Assembly: GCA_964482695.1 (NCBI GenBank)
Contig: CAYZYP010000001.1
Span: 132,143 to 196,142 of the forward strand
DNA from: an uncultured Gammaproteobacteria bacterium
GTDB taxonomy: Bacteria; Patescibacteriota; Patescibacteriia; Magasanikbacterales; GWA2-37-8
Direction: 5' to 3'
DNA length: 64,000 nt
This document shows, piece by piece, positions 19,048 to 29,197 of the stretch (position 1 is its first letter; the number at the start of each line of letters is the position of its first letter). Below the pieces are notes generated by a model. That model was not told the DNA's origin. It saw only the letters and a program-made list of their open reading frames with translations, and searched no databases. The translations under genes and the position numbers were made by a program.

Positions 19048-20061
19048 ATGAATTTATTAGTTACCGGCGGAGCTGGGTTTATCGGCTCAAATTTTATCCG
19101 TTATATTTTAAAAAAATATCCAGACTACAGAGTAGTTAATTTGGATTTGTTGACTTATGCCGGAAATTTGGAAAATTTGTGCGACGTTGAAAAAAATAAA
19201 AATTATAGTTTTGTAAAGGGGGACATAGTGGATAAAGTTTTAGTAGAAAAATTAGTAAAAGATAATAATATAAATTTAATAGTAAATTTTGCGGCGGAGA
19301 GCCATGTTGATAGATCAATTATAAGTAGCGCGGATTTTTTGCGGACAAATATTTTAGGCACCCATAGTTTATTGGAAGTAGTAAAGAAGAATAGCAAAAT
19401 ACGTTTTCATCATGTTTCCACCGATGAAGTGTATGGCTCTTTGGGGCCTACAGACCGCGCGTTTAATGAAAGTACTGCATATGACCCGCGGAGCCCGTAC
19501 AGCGCTTCCAAGGCCGCCTCTGATCATTTGGTAAAAGCTTTCTATCATACTTATGATTTGCCAATAACCATATCTAATTGTTCTAATAACTACGGGCCTT
19601 ATCAATTTCCAGAAAAATTACACGGACTGTTTATTACCAATTTATTAGAAGGTAAAAAAATACCGCTTTACGGCGATGGTTTAAACGTGCGTGATTGGCT
19701 TTATGTTGAAGATCATTGTTCGGCCATAGACGTAATTATTCATCGTGGTAAAGTAGGCGAAACTTATTGTATAGGAGGTAATTGTGAAAAAACTAATATA
19801 GAAGTAGCTCGTAAGATTTTGCAGCTACTTAACAAAGACGAAAGCATGATAGAGCATGTGCGCGATAGGTTAGGCCATGATAGACGTTATGCTATAGATT
19901 CTACAAAAATTAAACAGGAGTTAGACTGGGAGCCGCAGACTAATTTTGGCAATGGCATGGAAAAAACAGTTGAGTGGTATAAAAATAACGTGGATTGGTG
20001 GAAAAAAATAAAGACAGGGGAGTATTTGGAGTATTATGAAAAACAATACAAAGAAGTATGA
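19048..20061 (+). CDS. rfbB: dTDP-glucose 4,6-dehydratase
   Basis: MNLLVTGGAGFIGSNF; YSASKAASDHLVKAFYHTY; extended SDR. Confidence 0.9.
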   Translation: MNLLVTGGAGFIGSNFIRYILKKYPDYRVVNLDLLTYAGNLENLCDVEKNKNYSFVKGDIVDKVLVEKLVKDNNINLIVNFAAESHVDRSIISSADFLRTNILGTHSLLEVVKKNSKIRFHHVSTDEVYGSLGPTDRAFNESTAYDPRSPYSASKAASDHLVKAFYHTYDLPITISNCSNNYGPYQFPEKLHGLFITNLLEGKKIPLYGDGLNVRDWLYVEDHCSAIDVIIHRGKVGETYCIGGNCEKTNIEVARKILQLLNKDESMIEHVRDRLGHDRRYAIDSTKIKQELDWEPQTNFGNGMEKTVEWYKNNVDWWKKIKTGEYLEYYEKQYKEV

Positions 20062-20900
20062 AAATATTAATAATAGGCAATGGGTATCTTGGTAATAGAT
20101 GTTTAGAAAGTTGGCCAGAGGCTGTTATGGCCGAGAAAAGAGTAAATAAAGTTGAAGATGTTTTAGAATTGTTAGAAGAGCATCAGCCAGATGTGGTTTT
20201 AAACGCCGCTGGTGTGGTTGGTAAACCAAATGTAGATTGGTGTGAAACACATCAGTTGGAAACTATTTGTGGTAATACGATTTTACCTTTGCAAGTAGCC
20301 GATGCTTGCCAGCAGAAAAATATATATTTATTGCACATGGGCACTGGCTGTGTTTTTTATGGCGCGTCGCCAGATCCAAAAGGTTGGCGCGAAAGTGATT
20401 TTGCCAACCCGCTAGCTATGTATACACGCGCTAAATACGCCGCTGATTTGGTTTTGTCTAAATTATCTAATGTCGGCATAGCTCGTATTAGAATGCCTTT
20501 GGATTACAAATCATTGCCTAGCAATTTAATAGATAAATTAACTTCTTTTAAAAGGGTTGTGGATGTAGAAAATAGTATTACAGTCGTAGAAGACATGGTT
20601 AATGTTTTTTATAAATTATTAGAAAAAAGAGCGGTGGGTATTTTTCATGTGGTTAATTCCGGTTCTATCCATCATAAGGAAATTTTGGAAATGTATAAAG
20701 AGTTGGTTGATAAGAACCATAATTGTCAGTGGATTTCCGAAGAAGAATTGGTTAATTCCGGTTTGGCCAAGAAAAAACGATCCAATAACATAATGCAATC
20801 GGAAAATTTAGAAAAATTAGGTATCAAGATGAGGTCGGTGAAAGAAGCGGCGAAAGAGGCGATGGAAAAATACGCGAAGTTAAAAAGAAGTGGGTTATGA
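20058..20900 (+). CDS. dTDP-4-dehydrorhamnose reductase-like SDR
   Basis: MKILIIGNGYLGNRC Rossmann; YTRAKYAADL (YxxxK); 4-bp overlap with rfbB start/stop (ATGA). Confidence 0.55.
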   Translation: MKILIIGNGYLGNRCLESWPEAVMAEKRVNKVEDVLELLEEHQPDVVLNAAGVVGKPNVDWCETHQLETICGNTILPLQVADACQQKNIYLLHMGTGCVFYGASPDPKGWRESDFANPLAMYTRAKYAADLVLSKLSNVGIARIRMPLDYKSLPSNLIDKLTSFKRVVDVENSITVVEDMVNVFYKLLEKRAVGIFHVVNSGSIHHKEILEMYKELVDKNHNCQWISEEELVNSGLAKKKRSNNIMQSENLEKLGIKMRSVKEAAKEAMEKYAKLKRSGL

Positions 20901-21754
20901 ATTTATCAATTATTACCGTCACTTATAACGCCCAAGATTTAATTGCCGAGCAGATACGCTCGGTTATTTTTGCTTGTCAGGGAATTGAATTTGAACAAAT
21001 TATAGTAGACAATGGTTCATCGGATGGTACTGTTGGATTAATAGAAAAAGATTTTCCTAATATTAAATTAATTAAGAATAAAGAAAATAAAGGGTTTGGT
21101 TTTGCTAATAATCAAGCAGTTAAAATAGCTGGTGGAGAATTTATTTTATTTTTAAATCCAGATACGCGATTAATGGGCGAGAGTGTTCTAAAAGAGGCTG
21201 TTAATTGGTTAGAAGCGCATAGTGAGACGGGTATAATGAGCTGTAAATTAGTAGATAACACTGGTAAAGAAAATGTGCGCGAAGGCCCACGGCGTTTCCC
21301 AAAAGTATGGGAACAAATAGCTATTATTTTAAAAATTCCTCATCTGTTTCCGCGAATATTAAGAAAGTACCATTATCAAGATATTGATTTAAATAAAATC
21401 CAAGAAGTGGATTCTGTGCGTGGTTCGTTTATGTTAATCCGTCGCGCGATTGTAAATAAACTCGGTGGACGAGTTTTTGATCCGCGTTATTTTATTTGGT
21501 TTGAAGAAGTTGATTTGTGTCGCGAAGTAAAAAAAATGGATTATAAAATAATATATAATCCCGAAATTATTTGTCTTGATTTGGTTGGGCAGACTTTTAA
21601 GAAGATGAATTTAGTGTGGCGACAAAGACAATTTACCAAAAGTATGTTACTGTACTTTCAGAAGTGGGAGCCTTGGTGGAAATGGATATGGATCGCCTTG
21701 TTTAGGCCGGTGGGGATAATGTTAGCTTGGTTTAATTCTTTAATCTTGGGATAG
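20897..21754 (+). CDS. Glycosyltransferase family 2
   Basis: LSIITVTYNA...DNGSSDGT and FANNQA/DxD-region typical of GT2; 4-bp overlap with upstream gene. Confidence 0.8.
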   Translation: MNLSIITVTYNAQDLIAEQIRSVIFACQGIEFEQIIVDNGSSDGTVGLIEKDFPNIKLIKNKENKGFGFANNQAVKIAGGEFILFLNPDTRLMGESVLKEAVNWLEAHSETGIMSCKLVDNTGKENVREGPRRFPKVWEQIAIILKIPHLFPRILRKYHYQDIDLNKIQEVDSVRGSFMLIRRAIVNKLGGRVFDPRYFIWFEEVDLCREVKKMDYKIIYNPEIICLDLVGQTFKKMNLVWRQRQFTKSMLLYFQKWEPWWKWIWIALFRPVGIMLAWFNSLILG

Positions 21755-21759
21755 TTTTT

Positions 21760-22809
21760 ATGAAATTATCAATAAATCTTGTCACTTACAATGGCGCGAA
21801 ATATATCCCTTATCTTTTCGCATCTTTAAAAAAGCAGACTTTTCAAGATTGGGGACTTTTGGTGTTAGATAATAATTCGCGGGATAAGACAATTGAACTA
21901 ATTAAGAAAGAATTGAATAATTTTGATGTTCAGCATCAGATTATTGAAAATAAAGAAAATATCGGTTTCGCCGGTGGACACAACAAATTATATAGTCTTT
22001 CTAAAACAGATTATTTTTTAATTTTAAATCAGGATATTTTTTTAGAACCCGATTGTTTAGAGAAAATGGTGAAATTTTTAGATGAAAATAGCGAGACAGC
22101 GGCAGTGGCGCCAAGGCTCATGAATTGGAATGCCGGGTTAAATGGAGCAAAACCAAATTTTACTAATATTGTTGATAGTTTGGGATTGAAAGTATTAAGA
22201 AATAGGCGAGTGATGGATAAGTATTCGCAAAAAAGGTGGGAAGATATTAAAGGAAAGTTAAATTTATCGTATCATACTGAAAATGGCGCGATGAAAGTAT
22301 TTGGGTTGAGCGGCGCGCTGGCTATTTATCGGCGAAATATTTTAGAAAAAATTGAATTGGCGCCAGAGAAAATTTTTGACGAAAATTATACTTCTTACAA
22401 AGAAGACGTAGATCTGGCTTTTCGTTTACAAAACACTGGATATGATTCGCGCGTATTATTGGATGTTATTGCTTTTCATAGCCGTTCGGCTGGCACACCA
22501 GAAAAGACGCATGATAATGTCGCGATTTCTAACAAGCGCCAACAATCAGCTTTGGTAAAGTATTATAGTTATAAAAATCATCTGGCTACTTTATATAAAA
22601 ATGAATATTGGCAGAATTTTTTGTTAGATAGCCCGTGGATTTTGTGGTATGAATTAAAGAAGTTTATTTATTTTTTGTTATTTGATAGGCCAATTTTGGG
22701 CGGTTTAAAAGAATTGTGGCAAAATAGGAAAAAATTAAAACAACAAAGGCGCCAAATAAAAAGTTTAAGAAAGGTTGATTGGCAAGACACAAGAAGCTGG
22801 TGGCGGTAA
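21760..22809 (+). CDS. Glycosyltransferase family 2
   Basis: LSINLVTYNGAKYI...LDNNSRDKT ... LNQDIFLEPD motifs. Confidence 0.8.
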   Translation: MKLSINLVTYNGAKYIPYLFASLKKQTFQDWGLLVLDNNSRDKTIELIKKELNNFDVQHQIIENKENIGFAGGHNKLYSLSKTDYFLILNQDIFLEPDCLEKMVKFLDENSETAAVAPRLMNWNAGLNGAKPNFTNIVDSLGLKVLRNRRVMDKYSQKRWEDIKGKLNLSYHTENGAMKVFGLSGALAIYRRNILEKIELAPEKIFDENYTSYKEDVDLAFRLQNTGYDSRVLLDVIAFHSRSAGTPEKTHDNVAISNKRQQSALVKYYSYKNHLATLYKNEYWQNFLLDSPWILWYELKKFIYFLLFDRPILGGLKELWQNRKKLKQQRRQIKSLRKVDWQDTRSWWR

Positions 22810-22871
22810 AGAAAAAAGTCTCTTTAGAAGAGGCTTTTTTTTATTAATTATTGTTTTAGAGTTATCCTATA

Positions 22872-23534
22872 TTAGGATGAAAGTTTTTTTGCGGTAGTTA
22901 CCAAGCTCCACGAATCAAATCTTTTTTTGTTTGTTTTGTAAGGAAAAAGAAAGTGAGTATAAATGTAATTTTTAATATTTAATCCATGTTTAGCTAGTAA
23001 TTCATTCAAGTCGTGATAATTAATTTTTACAACATGAGGATTTTCAAAGCGGAATCTTAAAATATTGTATATTAATTGAACCAGAGAACAATCGCCTCTA
23101 AGACGTTCTTGTGGCACGGCAATAATAAGCGTTCCATTGTCAGTCATTAATTTTTTAAGATTTAAAATAAATTTGTCTCTGTCTTTCACATGTTCTAAAA
23201 CATGCGAAAGTATGATAACGTCAAATTTTTCTTTATTAAAAAAATTGTCATTGATATCGTAGAAGGTAAAATTTTGGTATTTTTTTCTAGCGTATTTTAA
23301 CGCGAACTGATTAATGTCGGCGCCGCAGAGTGTAAATTTTTTTGTGGGGTATTTTTTATTTATCATTCTAAGTAGATAAGCGGTATTACAGCCATAATCA
23401 AGAATACGGATGCTTTGTTCATTTTTGAGTTGTTCACAAATAAAGTTTAATTCAGTGCTTCTGTAATATAATATTGTTCTAGCTAAAAATCCAGTTGTTC
23501 TAGTGATTAAAGTATAAGATAAACCGTATTTCAT
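22872..23534 (-). CDS. Class I SAM-dependent methyltransferase
   Basis: Motif I ILDYGCNTAYLL; post-I/II motifs DVIILSHVLEHV. Confidence 0.7.
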   Translation of the reverse strand: MKYGLSYTLITRTTGFLARTILYYRSTELNFICEQLKNEQSIRILDYGCNTAYLLRMINKKYPTKKFTLCGADINQFALKYARKKYQNFTFYDINDNFFNKEKFDVIILSHVLEHVKDRDKFILNLKKLMTDNGTLIIAVPQERLRGDCSLVQLIYNILRFRFENPHVVKINYHDLNELLAKHGLNIKNYIYTHFLFPYKTNKKRFDSWSLVTTAKKLSS

Positions 23535-23661
23535 AGATTTTTTGTATATATTTAAAACGCGTAAATATTAGTTTAATATATTATATCATTAAAGTTTAAT
23601 TATTTTAAAACGCGAACAGAACAAGTACATTTTCTATACGTAAATTTCGTTTTTTAAATAG

Positions 23662-23710
23662 TTGACTTTTTCCTCTTTTTTAGCTAAAATAGCCCAAATT
23701 AGCTATTTTA
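23662..23710 (+). promoter_or_regulatory. Sigma70-like promoter with operator-like inverted repeat upstream of GT2 gene 23760
   Basis: TTGACT(23662-23667)-17 nt-TAAAAT(23685-23690); inverted repeat TAAAATAGC...GCTATTTTA overlaps the -10 element. Confidence 0.45.
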
Positions 23711-23759
23711 AGTAAAATTTATTGTATAGGTTTTAAGTAAAACAGTCAAGGTTAATTTT

Positions 23760-24590
23760 ATGCATGATATAAACACTATTATTGTAAATTATAAAAGCAA
23801 AGAAGAAATTTTGCGCTGTTTGCGTTCTTTGTTTTCTGATGTAAAAAATTCCGATTTTAGTATCCACGTCACTATAATTGACAACGCCTCTGACGACGGT
23901 GTAGATTTGGCGGTTTTAAAACAACACCCAGACGCCAAATTAAAAATTATTAAACATAAGAAGAATTTAGGTTTTGGCAAAGCGCAAAATTCCGGGATAA
24001 AAGGTCTAGACGCTAAATACCATTTCGTGCTTAATCCTGATACTTTTTTTCCGGAAAACCAAGAAGTTTTGCGCAAATTGTATAATTTCATGGAAGCCAA
24101 CACGCGAGTGGGTATAGTCGCGCCAAAAATTATCCATCCAGATGGCAATTTACAAAATTCTTGTTATCGGTTTCCTAAATTTTTACAGCCAGTTTACAGT
24201 CGTACTAAATTAGGCACTATTGGCCAAGGCAAAAAAACAGCTGATTATTATTTTATGCGTGATTTTGATCATAATGAAACTTTGCCAGTAGACTGGGTAA
24301 TGGGCGCAGCCATGTTTGTTCGGCAAAAAGCGATTGATGAAGTTGGTCTATTTGACGAACGTTTTTGGATGTATGCCGAAGATAGCGACTGGTGCCGTCG
24401 AATGTGGGAAAAAAGTTGGCTGGTATATTATCTTCATGACGCGGTTATTCATCACGAACACCGCCGCGATTCGGCCAAAATACAAGGTATTTTTAAAGCA
24501 CTCATTAAAAACAAGTTAGCGCGGACGCATTTGATGAGTTGGTTAAAATATATGTGGAAGTGGCGCAAGACGCATAAATATTATGTCTAA
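23760..24590 (+). CDS. Glycosyltransferase family 2
   Basis: IIVNYKSKEEIL...IIDNASDDG...FVLNPDT motifs. Confidence 0.8.
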   Translation: MHDINTIIVNYKSKEEILRCLRSLFSDVKNSDFSIHVTIIDNASDDGVDLAVLKQHPDAKLKIIKHKKNLGFGKAQNSGIKGLDAKYHFVLNPDTFFPENQEVLRKLYNFMEANTRVGIVAPKIIHPDGNLQNSCYRFPKFLQPVYSRTKLGTIGQGKKTADYYFMRDFDHNETLPVDWVMGAAMFVRQKAIDEVGLFDERFWMYAEDSDWCRRMWEKSWLVYYLHDAVIHHEHRRDSAKIQGIFKALIKNKLARTHLMSWLKYMWKWRKTHKYYV

Positions 24591-24601
24591 AGTTTAGTTT
24601 A

Positions 24602-24735
24602 CTGTCATCCCGAAGGAGCGTCACAGCGACTGAGGGATCTCTGTCTCAAATCAACAACGGTTTTATTTACGCAGTGAAGTGAGAGAGTACCCTTTATTGT
24701 GACAGAGATTCCTCGCCTTTGGCTCGGAATGACAA
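24602..24735. repeat. ORF-less inverted-repeat element (MITE-like) of the TTGTCATYCYGAG family
   Basis: Left arm CTGTCATCCCGAAGGAGCG...GAGGGATCTCTGTCTC; right arm GTGACAGAGATTCCTCGCC...GGCTCGGAATGACAA (imperfect reverse complement). Confidence 0.6.
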
Positions 24736-24744
24736 TTGTCTTCT

Positions 24745-25833
24745 ATGTTTAGTAAAAAATTGGCTTTGATTTATCTTTCTTATCATCCCGATCATTATCT
24801 GGATAATTTTATCAGTGGCTTGAAAAATATAGATTATCCAAAAGAAAGTTTAACAGTAGTGGTCGTTGACCAAATTCATCCAGATTTTGGCTCTTCGGAA
24901 AGTGTTTTAAAAGAAAAATTATTACCAATTGCTAACGTAGAAATACCGCCAGTTGTTATCTTGCCTCAAGAAAAAAACTTAGGTTTTGCCGGCGGCAATA
25001 ACATCGGTATTAAATGGGCATTAGACAATGGCTTTGATTATGTTTTTTTACATAATCAAGATGGTTTTGTAGAAAAAGATACAATTTTTAAATTAATTAC
25101 AGTAATGGAGAATGACAAAACAATCGGCGTGGCGCAAGCGTTGATTTTGCTTCACCCAGAAAATAATTTGATAAATAGCGCTGGCAATTGTTTCCATTAT
25201 TTAGGTTTTGGTTATAGCGGCGATTATCGAGTAGAAAAAAATAGTTTTAATCTCAGAGAAACAACAAACGTTGGGTATGCCAGTGGCGCGGCTATGATGT
25301 TGCGGTCGGATTTACTTGAAAAATTTGGTTTATTAGACGAAGATTTTGTTTCTTATCACGAGGATTTGGAATATTGTTTGCGTTTAAAGTCGGTTGGTTA
25401 TCGCGCAGTGTTAGTACCAACCGCTATTTTTTATCATCAATATAATTTTGGTAAAAACAAAGACAAATATTATTTAATGGAACGCAACCGCTATGGTTTG
25501 ATGTTGATGTACTTTAAATGGCCGACTTTGATTTTATTATTGCCAATGGCTCTAGTGGTTGAATCAGGCCTCTTGCTATTTGCCTTAAAAAGTGGTTGGA
25601 TAAAAGATAAGTTAATGGCCTATAGTTATTGGTTGCAATATAAAAATTGGCAAAAATGGCTTAATAAACGGCAAAAAATACAAACGCAGAGAGTAAAAAG
25701 TGATAAAGAAATATTAAAGTTCGCGGTTAGTAAGATAGAGTTTGAAGATATTGATAATTGGTTATTAAAATATTTAGGCAATCCGATAATGAAAATTTAT
25801 TGGATAATAACGAAAATATTAATTTGGTGGTGA
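24745..25833 (+). CDS. Glycosyltransferase family 2 with C-terminal membrane segments
   Basis: GT2 motifs (LPQEKNLGFAGGNNIG, DxD region HNQDG); start moved to first in-frame ATG, just after the repeat element. Confidence 0.75.
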   Translation: MFSKKLALIYLSYHPDHYLDNFISGLKNIDYPKESLTVVVVDQIHPDFGSSESVLKEKLLPIANVEIPPVVILPQEKNLGFAGGNNIGIKWALDNGFDYVFLHNQDGFVEKDTIFKLITVMENDKTIGVAQALILLHPENNLINSAGNCFHYLGFGYSGDYRVEKNSFNLRETTNVGYASGAAMMLRSDLLEKFGLLDEDFVSYHEDLEYCLRLKSVGYRAVLVPTAIFYHQYNFGKNKDKYYLMERNRYGLMLMYFKWPTLILLLPMALVVESGLLLFALKSGWIKDKLMAYSYWLQYKNWQKWLNKRQKIQTQRVKSDKEILKFAVSKIEFEDIDNWLLKYLGNPIMKIYWIITKILIWW

Positions 25834-25843
25834 TATTTTATCA

Positions 25844-26220
25844 TTGTCATCCCGAGCCGCAGCGAGGGATCTCTGTCTCAATTATTTATGATTAAAAGGA
25901 GGAACCATAATTATTATGTTTATATAATGGCCAGTGTAAGTTTTATAATGTATATAGGTGTTACTAATAATTTAATTAGAAGAGCAGAAGAGCACAAACA
26001 AGAAATATTAGATGGTTTTAGTAAAAAATATAAAACAAAAAAATTAGTTTATTATGAATGGTTTATTAATATCAATGATGCCATTAGAAGAGAAAAAGAA
26101 TTAAAAGGTTGGCGTAGGGAAAAGAAGATAAATTTAATTAGAAGCGCTAATCCTCGGTGGGAAGATTTGTACAAAGAGTTGATTGAGACAGAGATCCCTC
26201 GCTGCGGCTCGGGATGACAG
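25844..26220. mobile_element. Compact GIY-YIG element bounded by perfect 35-bp terminal inverted repeats
   Basis: Left end TTGTCATCCCGAGCCGCAGCGAGGGATCTCTGTCTC (25844-25879); its exact reverse complement at 26185-26220; the enclosed ORF ends inside the right repeat. Confidence 0.6.
25888..26217 (+). CDS. GIY-YIG nuclease-superfamily protein
   Basis: YYVYIMAS...MYIGVTNNLIRRAEEHK matches the GIY-YIG core (Y-VYIL ... YIG-T-NL-RR--EH). Confidence 0.8.
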   Translation: MIKRRNHNYYVYIMASVSFIMYIGVTNNLIRRAEEHKQEILDGFSKKYKTKKLVYYEWFININDAIRREKELKGWRREKKINLIRSANPRWEDLYKELIETEIPRCGSG

Positions 26221-26269
26221 TATGAATGTGTCTTATGAATGAGACAAACGCATTTTAATTTAATGATGT

Positions 26270-27310
26270 ATGTCAAAAATAACCAAAGCAATTTTAACCG
26301 GTGGTGGCAGGGCGACAAGGTTGCGGCCGATTACTACAACAATAAACAAACACCTTATCCCGTTGGCGAACAAACCAATGATTTTTCACGCTATTGAAAA
26401 AGTGGTTAAAGCCGGTGTTAAAGAAATTTTTATTAATATTAATCCAGGAGAAACTGAACTGCAAAAGCAAGTTGGCGATGGTAGTCGGTGGGGTGTAAAA
26501 ATAGTGTTTTTTGAGCAAGAAGGCGGGCCACAAGGCATCGCGCACGTTGTGAGTCGTGCACAGAAATTTATTGGCAATGACCCGTTCATGTTTTATCTAT
26601 CTGATAATATTATTCTAGCTGATTTAAATGAAATGGTGCAGAAATTTGTCTCTGGTAGTTATGATTGTATGTTGGCCTTTGCCAAAGTATTAGATCCAGA
26701 AAGATTTGGCGTGCCCTTTTTTGATGATCAAGGGAAATTGATTGATGTGGTAGAAAAACCGCTCCAACCACCGAATAATTTGGCGGTTACTGGTATTTAT
26801 TTATATGGCCAAGGCGTATTTTTTGAAGCATATGATAATATTAAAAAAAGTGATCGCGGTGAATACGAAATTTCTAGTATTCACTCCTACTTTCTTAAAA
26901 AAGGTTTGCCGGTTGGTTATCAAGAGATTACCGGTTGGTGGAAAGACACCGGCAAGCCAGATGATTTACTAATAGCTAATGGGCTACTTATGGATCAATT
27001 AGAATTTCCAAAAGACGGCTATTTGATTGGTGAAAAAACACAGATTATTGGTAATACAAAAGTTTTTGGGCCAGCTATTATTGGTAAAAATTGTCAGTTA
27101 GAAAATTGTCAAATTGGTCAACATGTTAGTTTGGGCGATAATTGTGTTTTTAAAAATGTATCTATCAAAAATTCATTAATATTTAATGATTGTGTTTTAG
27201 ACGGCAGTTATAGTATAGAGGATAGTATTATTGGCAAAGGTTCGCGAGTAAAGAAAAACGATGGCCAACTTCACCGACTAATTTTAGGAGACAATACAGT
27301 GGTAGAATGA
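26270..27310 (+). CDS. rfbA: Glucose-1-phosphate thymidylyltransferase-like nucleotidyltransferase (long form with beta-helix C-terminus)
   Basis: AILTGGGRATRLRPITTTINKHLIP nucleotidyltransferase signature; C-terminal hexapeptide-repeat region. Confidence 0.75.
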   Translation: MSKITKAILTGGGRATRLRPITTTINKHLIPLANKPMIFHAIEKVVKAGVKEIFININPGETELQKQVGDGSRWGVKIVFFEQEGGPQGIAHVVSRAQKFIGNDPFMFYLSDNIILADLNEMVQKFVSGSYDCMLAFAKVLDPERFGVPFFDDQGKLIDVVEKPLQPPNNLAVTGIYLYGQGVFFEAYDNIKKSDRGEYEISSIHSYFLKKGLPVGYQEITGWWKDTGKPDDLLIANGLLMDQLEFPKDGYLIGEKTQIIGNTKVFGPAIIGKNCQLENCQIGQHVSLGDNCVFKNVSIKNSLIFNDCVLDGSYSIEDSIIGKGSRVKKNDGQLHRLILGDNTVVE

Positions 27311-27476
27311 ATTAGTAAACAGAATCATTGCTAATTTTATAAATAAGCTGTATAATATTAGCAGAGGATACAACGAATCGCGCTTAGTACCAATGAATTA
27401 CATAAATAAAATAGTGTCATTCACGAAGTCGAAAGCGCATTCGTAGTATCTGCGTTTAAAAAATTAATCATATTTT

Positions 27477-27827
27477 ATGGAAGAAAACAAACAAACAGTT
27501 GCTCCACAAGAGCCAAAGGCCGAGGAGCCAAAAAAGATTGATCAAAAAAATACCGCTATGGCGGTGGTAGCATATATTTTATTCTTTGTGCCACTCTTAA
27601 CAGAAGCTAAAAACGATCCGTTTGTAAAATATCATGTTAAGCAAGGTTTGGTAGTATTTTTAATTGGCATCGCGGTGGCAGTACTCAGCCCGTTTATTTG
27701 GATGATCAGCTGGCTTTTACAGCTTGGTTTGTTAGTTTTGGTGGTATTAGGAATTGTGAACGCTTTAAACGGCAAACAAGAACCATTGCCGGTAGTTGGC
27801 GGTTTAGCAGAGAAGTTTAAATTTTAG
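27477..27827 (+). CDS. Small membrane protein (DUF4870-like)
   Basis: AYILFFVPLL...NDPFVKYHVKQGLVVFLIG pattern; 2-3 TM helices. Confidence 0.5.
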   Translation: MEENKQTVAPQEPKAEEPKKIDQKNTAMAVVAYILFFVPLLTEAKNDPFVKYHVKQGLVVFLIGIAVAVLSPFIWMISWLLQLGLLVLVVLGIVNALNGKQEPLPVVGGLAEKFKF

Positions 27828-27842
27828 ATTAAAGAAAAATAT

Positions 27843-27875
27843 AAAAAAGACGCCTATAAATTAGGCGTCTTTTTG
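27843..27875. terminator. Bidirectional rho-independent terminator
   Basis: AAGACGCCT-ataaatt-AGGCGTCTT followed by TTTT; A-tract on the other side. Confidence 0.6.
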
Positions 27876-27890
27876 AGTATTAATATTTTT

Positions 27891-29135
27891 TTAGAGATTA
27901 GGGTATAATGGAAATTTTTTCGTTAGTTCTATTACTTGTTGTTTAATACGGGCAAGTTTTTGTTCGTCTTGAAAATTTAAAATTGCTTCGTCAATCCAAC
28001 CGGCGATGATTTTCATTTCTGCTTCTTTCATACCGCGGGTGGTAAGAGCCGGTGTTCCCAAACGAATTCCAGAAGGATCCATTGGCGAACGCGGATCGTC
28101 GGGAATCATATTTTTATTAACAGTTATACCGGCTTTATCCAAAGCGATTTGTGCCTGCTTGCCACTAACTCCTTTGGGTGTTACGTCCATCAATATTAAA
28201 TGATTGTCAGTGCCGCCAAAACAAAGTTTGTAGCCACGCGTTTTAAATTCATCTTCTAGCGCCTTGGCGTTCTTTTTTATTTGTTTAGCGTATTCTTTAA
28301 ATTCTGGGAGCATCGCTTCTTTGAAAGCAACAGCTTTGGCCGCGATATTATTTTCGTGCGGCCCGCCCTGGAAGCCGGGAAAGACTGATTTGTCTATTTG
28401 TTTGGCCCATTTTTCTTTGCACATAATCATGCCGCCTCTTGGCCCGCGCAATGTTTTGTGCGTAGTTGTTGTTACGACGTCAAAAATCGGCACTGGATTA
28501 TTCATTTCACCAGCAGCTATTAGCCCGGCAATATGAGCAATGTCGGCCATGGTAATAGCGTTTACTTCGTTGGCAATAGTTTGAATTATGGCATAATCAA
28601 TCTCTCGCGAATAAGCAGAATAGCCAACTAGAATTATTTTTGGCTTATGTTCTATAGCCATTTGACGCAAATTTTCATAATCAATCTCACCCTGAGCGGT
28701 TGTTTTGTAGCGGATAAATTTAAAAATTTTTGTCATGTATGTCACCGGATGTCCGTGAGTTAAATGTCCGCCATGAGATAAATCCATGCCCAGTACCGTG
28801 TCGCCAGGTTCAAGCAAAGCAAAATACACCGCGATGTTAGCCGGAGCTCCAGATAATGGTTGAACATTAACATGCTCGGCGCCAAATAATTGTTTTGCCC
28901 GATCTATGGCCGCTTTTTCCACTTCATCAATAAATTCACAACCACCATAATAACGTCGGCCAACATAGCCTTCTGAATATTTATTGGTTAAAACCGAGCC
29001 CAAAGTTTCTAACACCGCCGGAGATACAAAATTTTCCGAAGGAATCATCTCTAGCCCTTCTTCTTGACGTTTAAGTTCATTTTTAATGGCCTGTTTGATT
29101 TCCGGATCAAATTGAGCCAATGTTTGTTTGTTCAT
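27891..29135 (-). CDS. glyA: Serine hydroxymethyltransferase
   Basis: Full-length collinear SHMT ([28 protein letters not shown] ... PLP-lysine region [11 protein letters not shown]). Confidence 0.95.
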   Translation of the reverse strand: MNKQTLAQFDPEIKQAIKNELKRQEEGLEMIPSENFVSPAVLETLGSVLTNKYSEGYVGRRYYGGCEFIDEVEKAAIDRAKQLFGAEHVNVQPLSGAPANIAVYFALLEPGDTVLGMDLSHGGHLTHGHPVTYMTKIFKFIRYKTTAQGEIDYENLRQMAIEHKPKIILVGYSAYSREIDYAIIQTIANEVNAITMADIAHIAGLIAAGEMNNPVPIFDVVTTTTHKTLRGPRGGMIMCKEKWAKQIDKSVFPGFQGGPHENNIAAKAVAFKEAMLPEFKEYAKQIKKNAKALEDEFKTRGYKLCFGGTDNHLILMDVTPKGVSGKQAQIALDKAGITVNKNMIPDDPRSPMDPSGIRLGTPALTTRGMKEAEMKIIAGWIDEAILNFQDEQKLARIKQQVIELTKKFPLYPNL

Positions 29136-29197
29136 AATAAAAAAAGATAGAGAATAAAAAATAATTATTTTAATTATATATTAAAACTTAGATCATA

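Noticed and set aside
23719-23727. TTGTATAGG 9-mer shared with the 46481 direct repeats
   Set aside because: Too short to distinguish from chance in an AT-rich genome.
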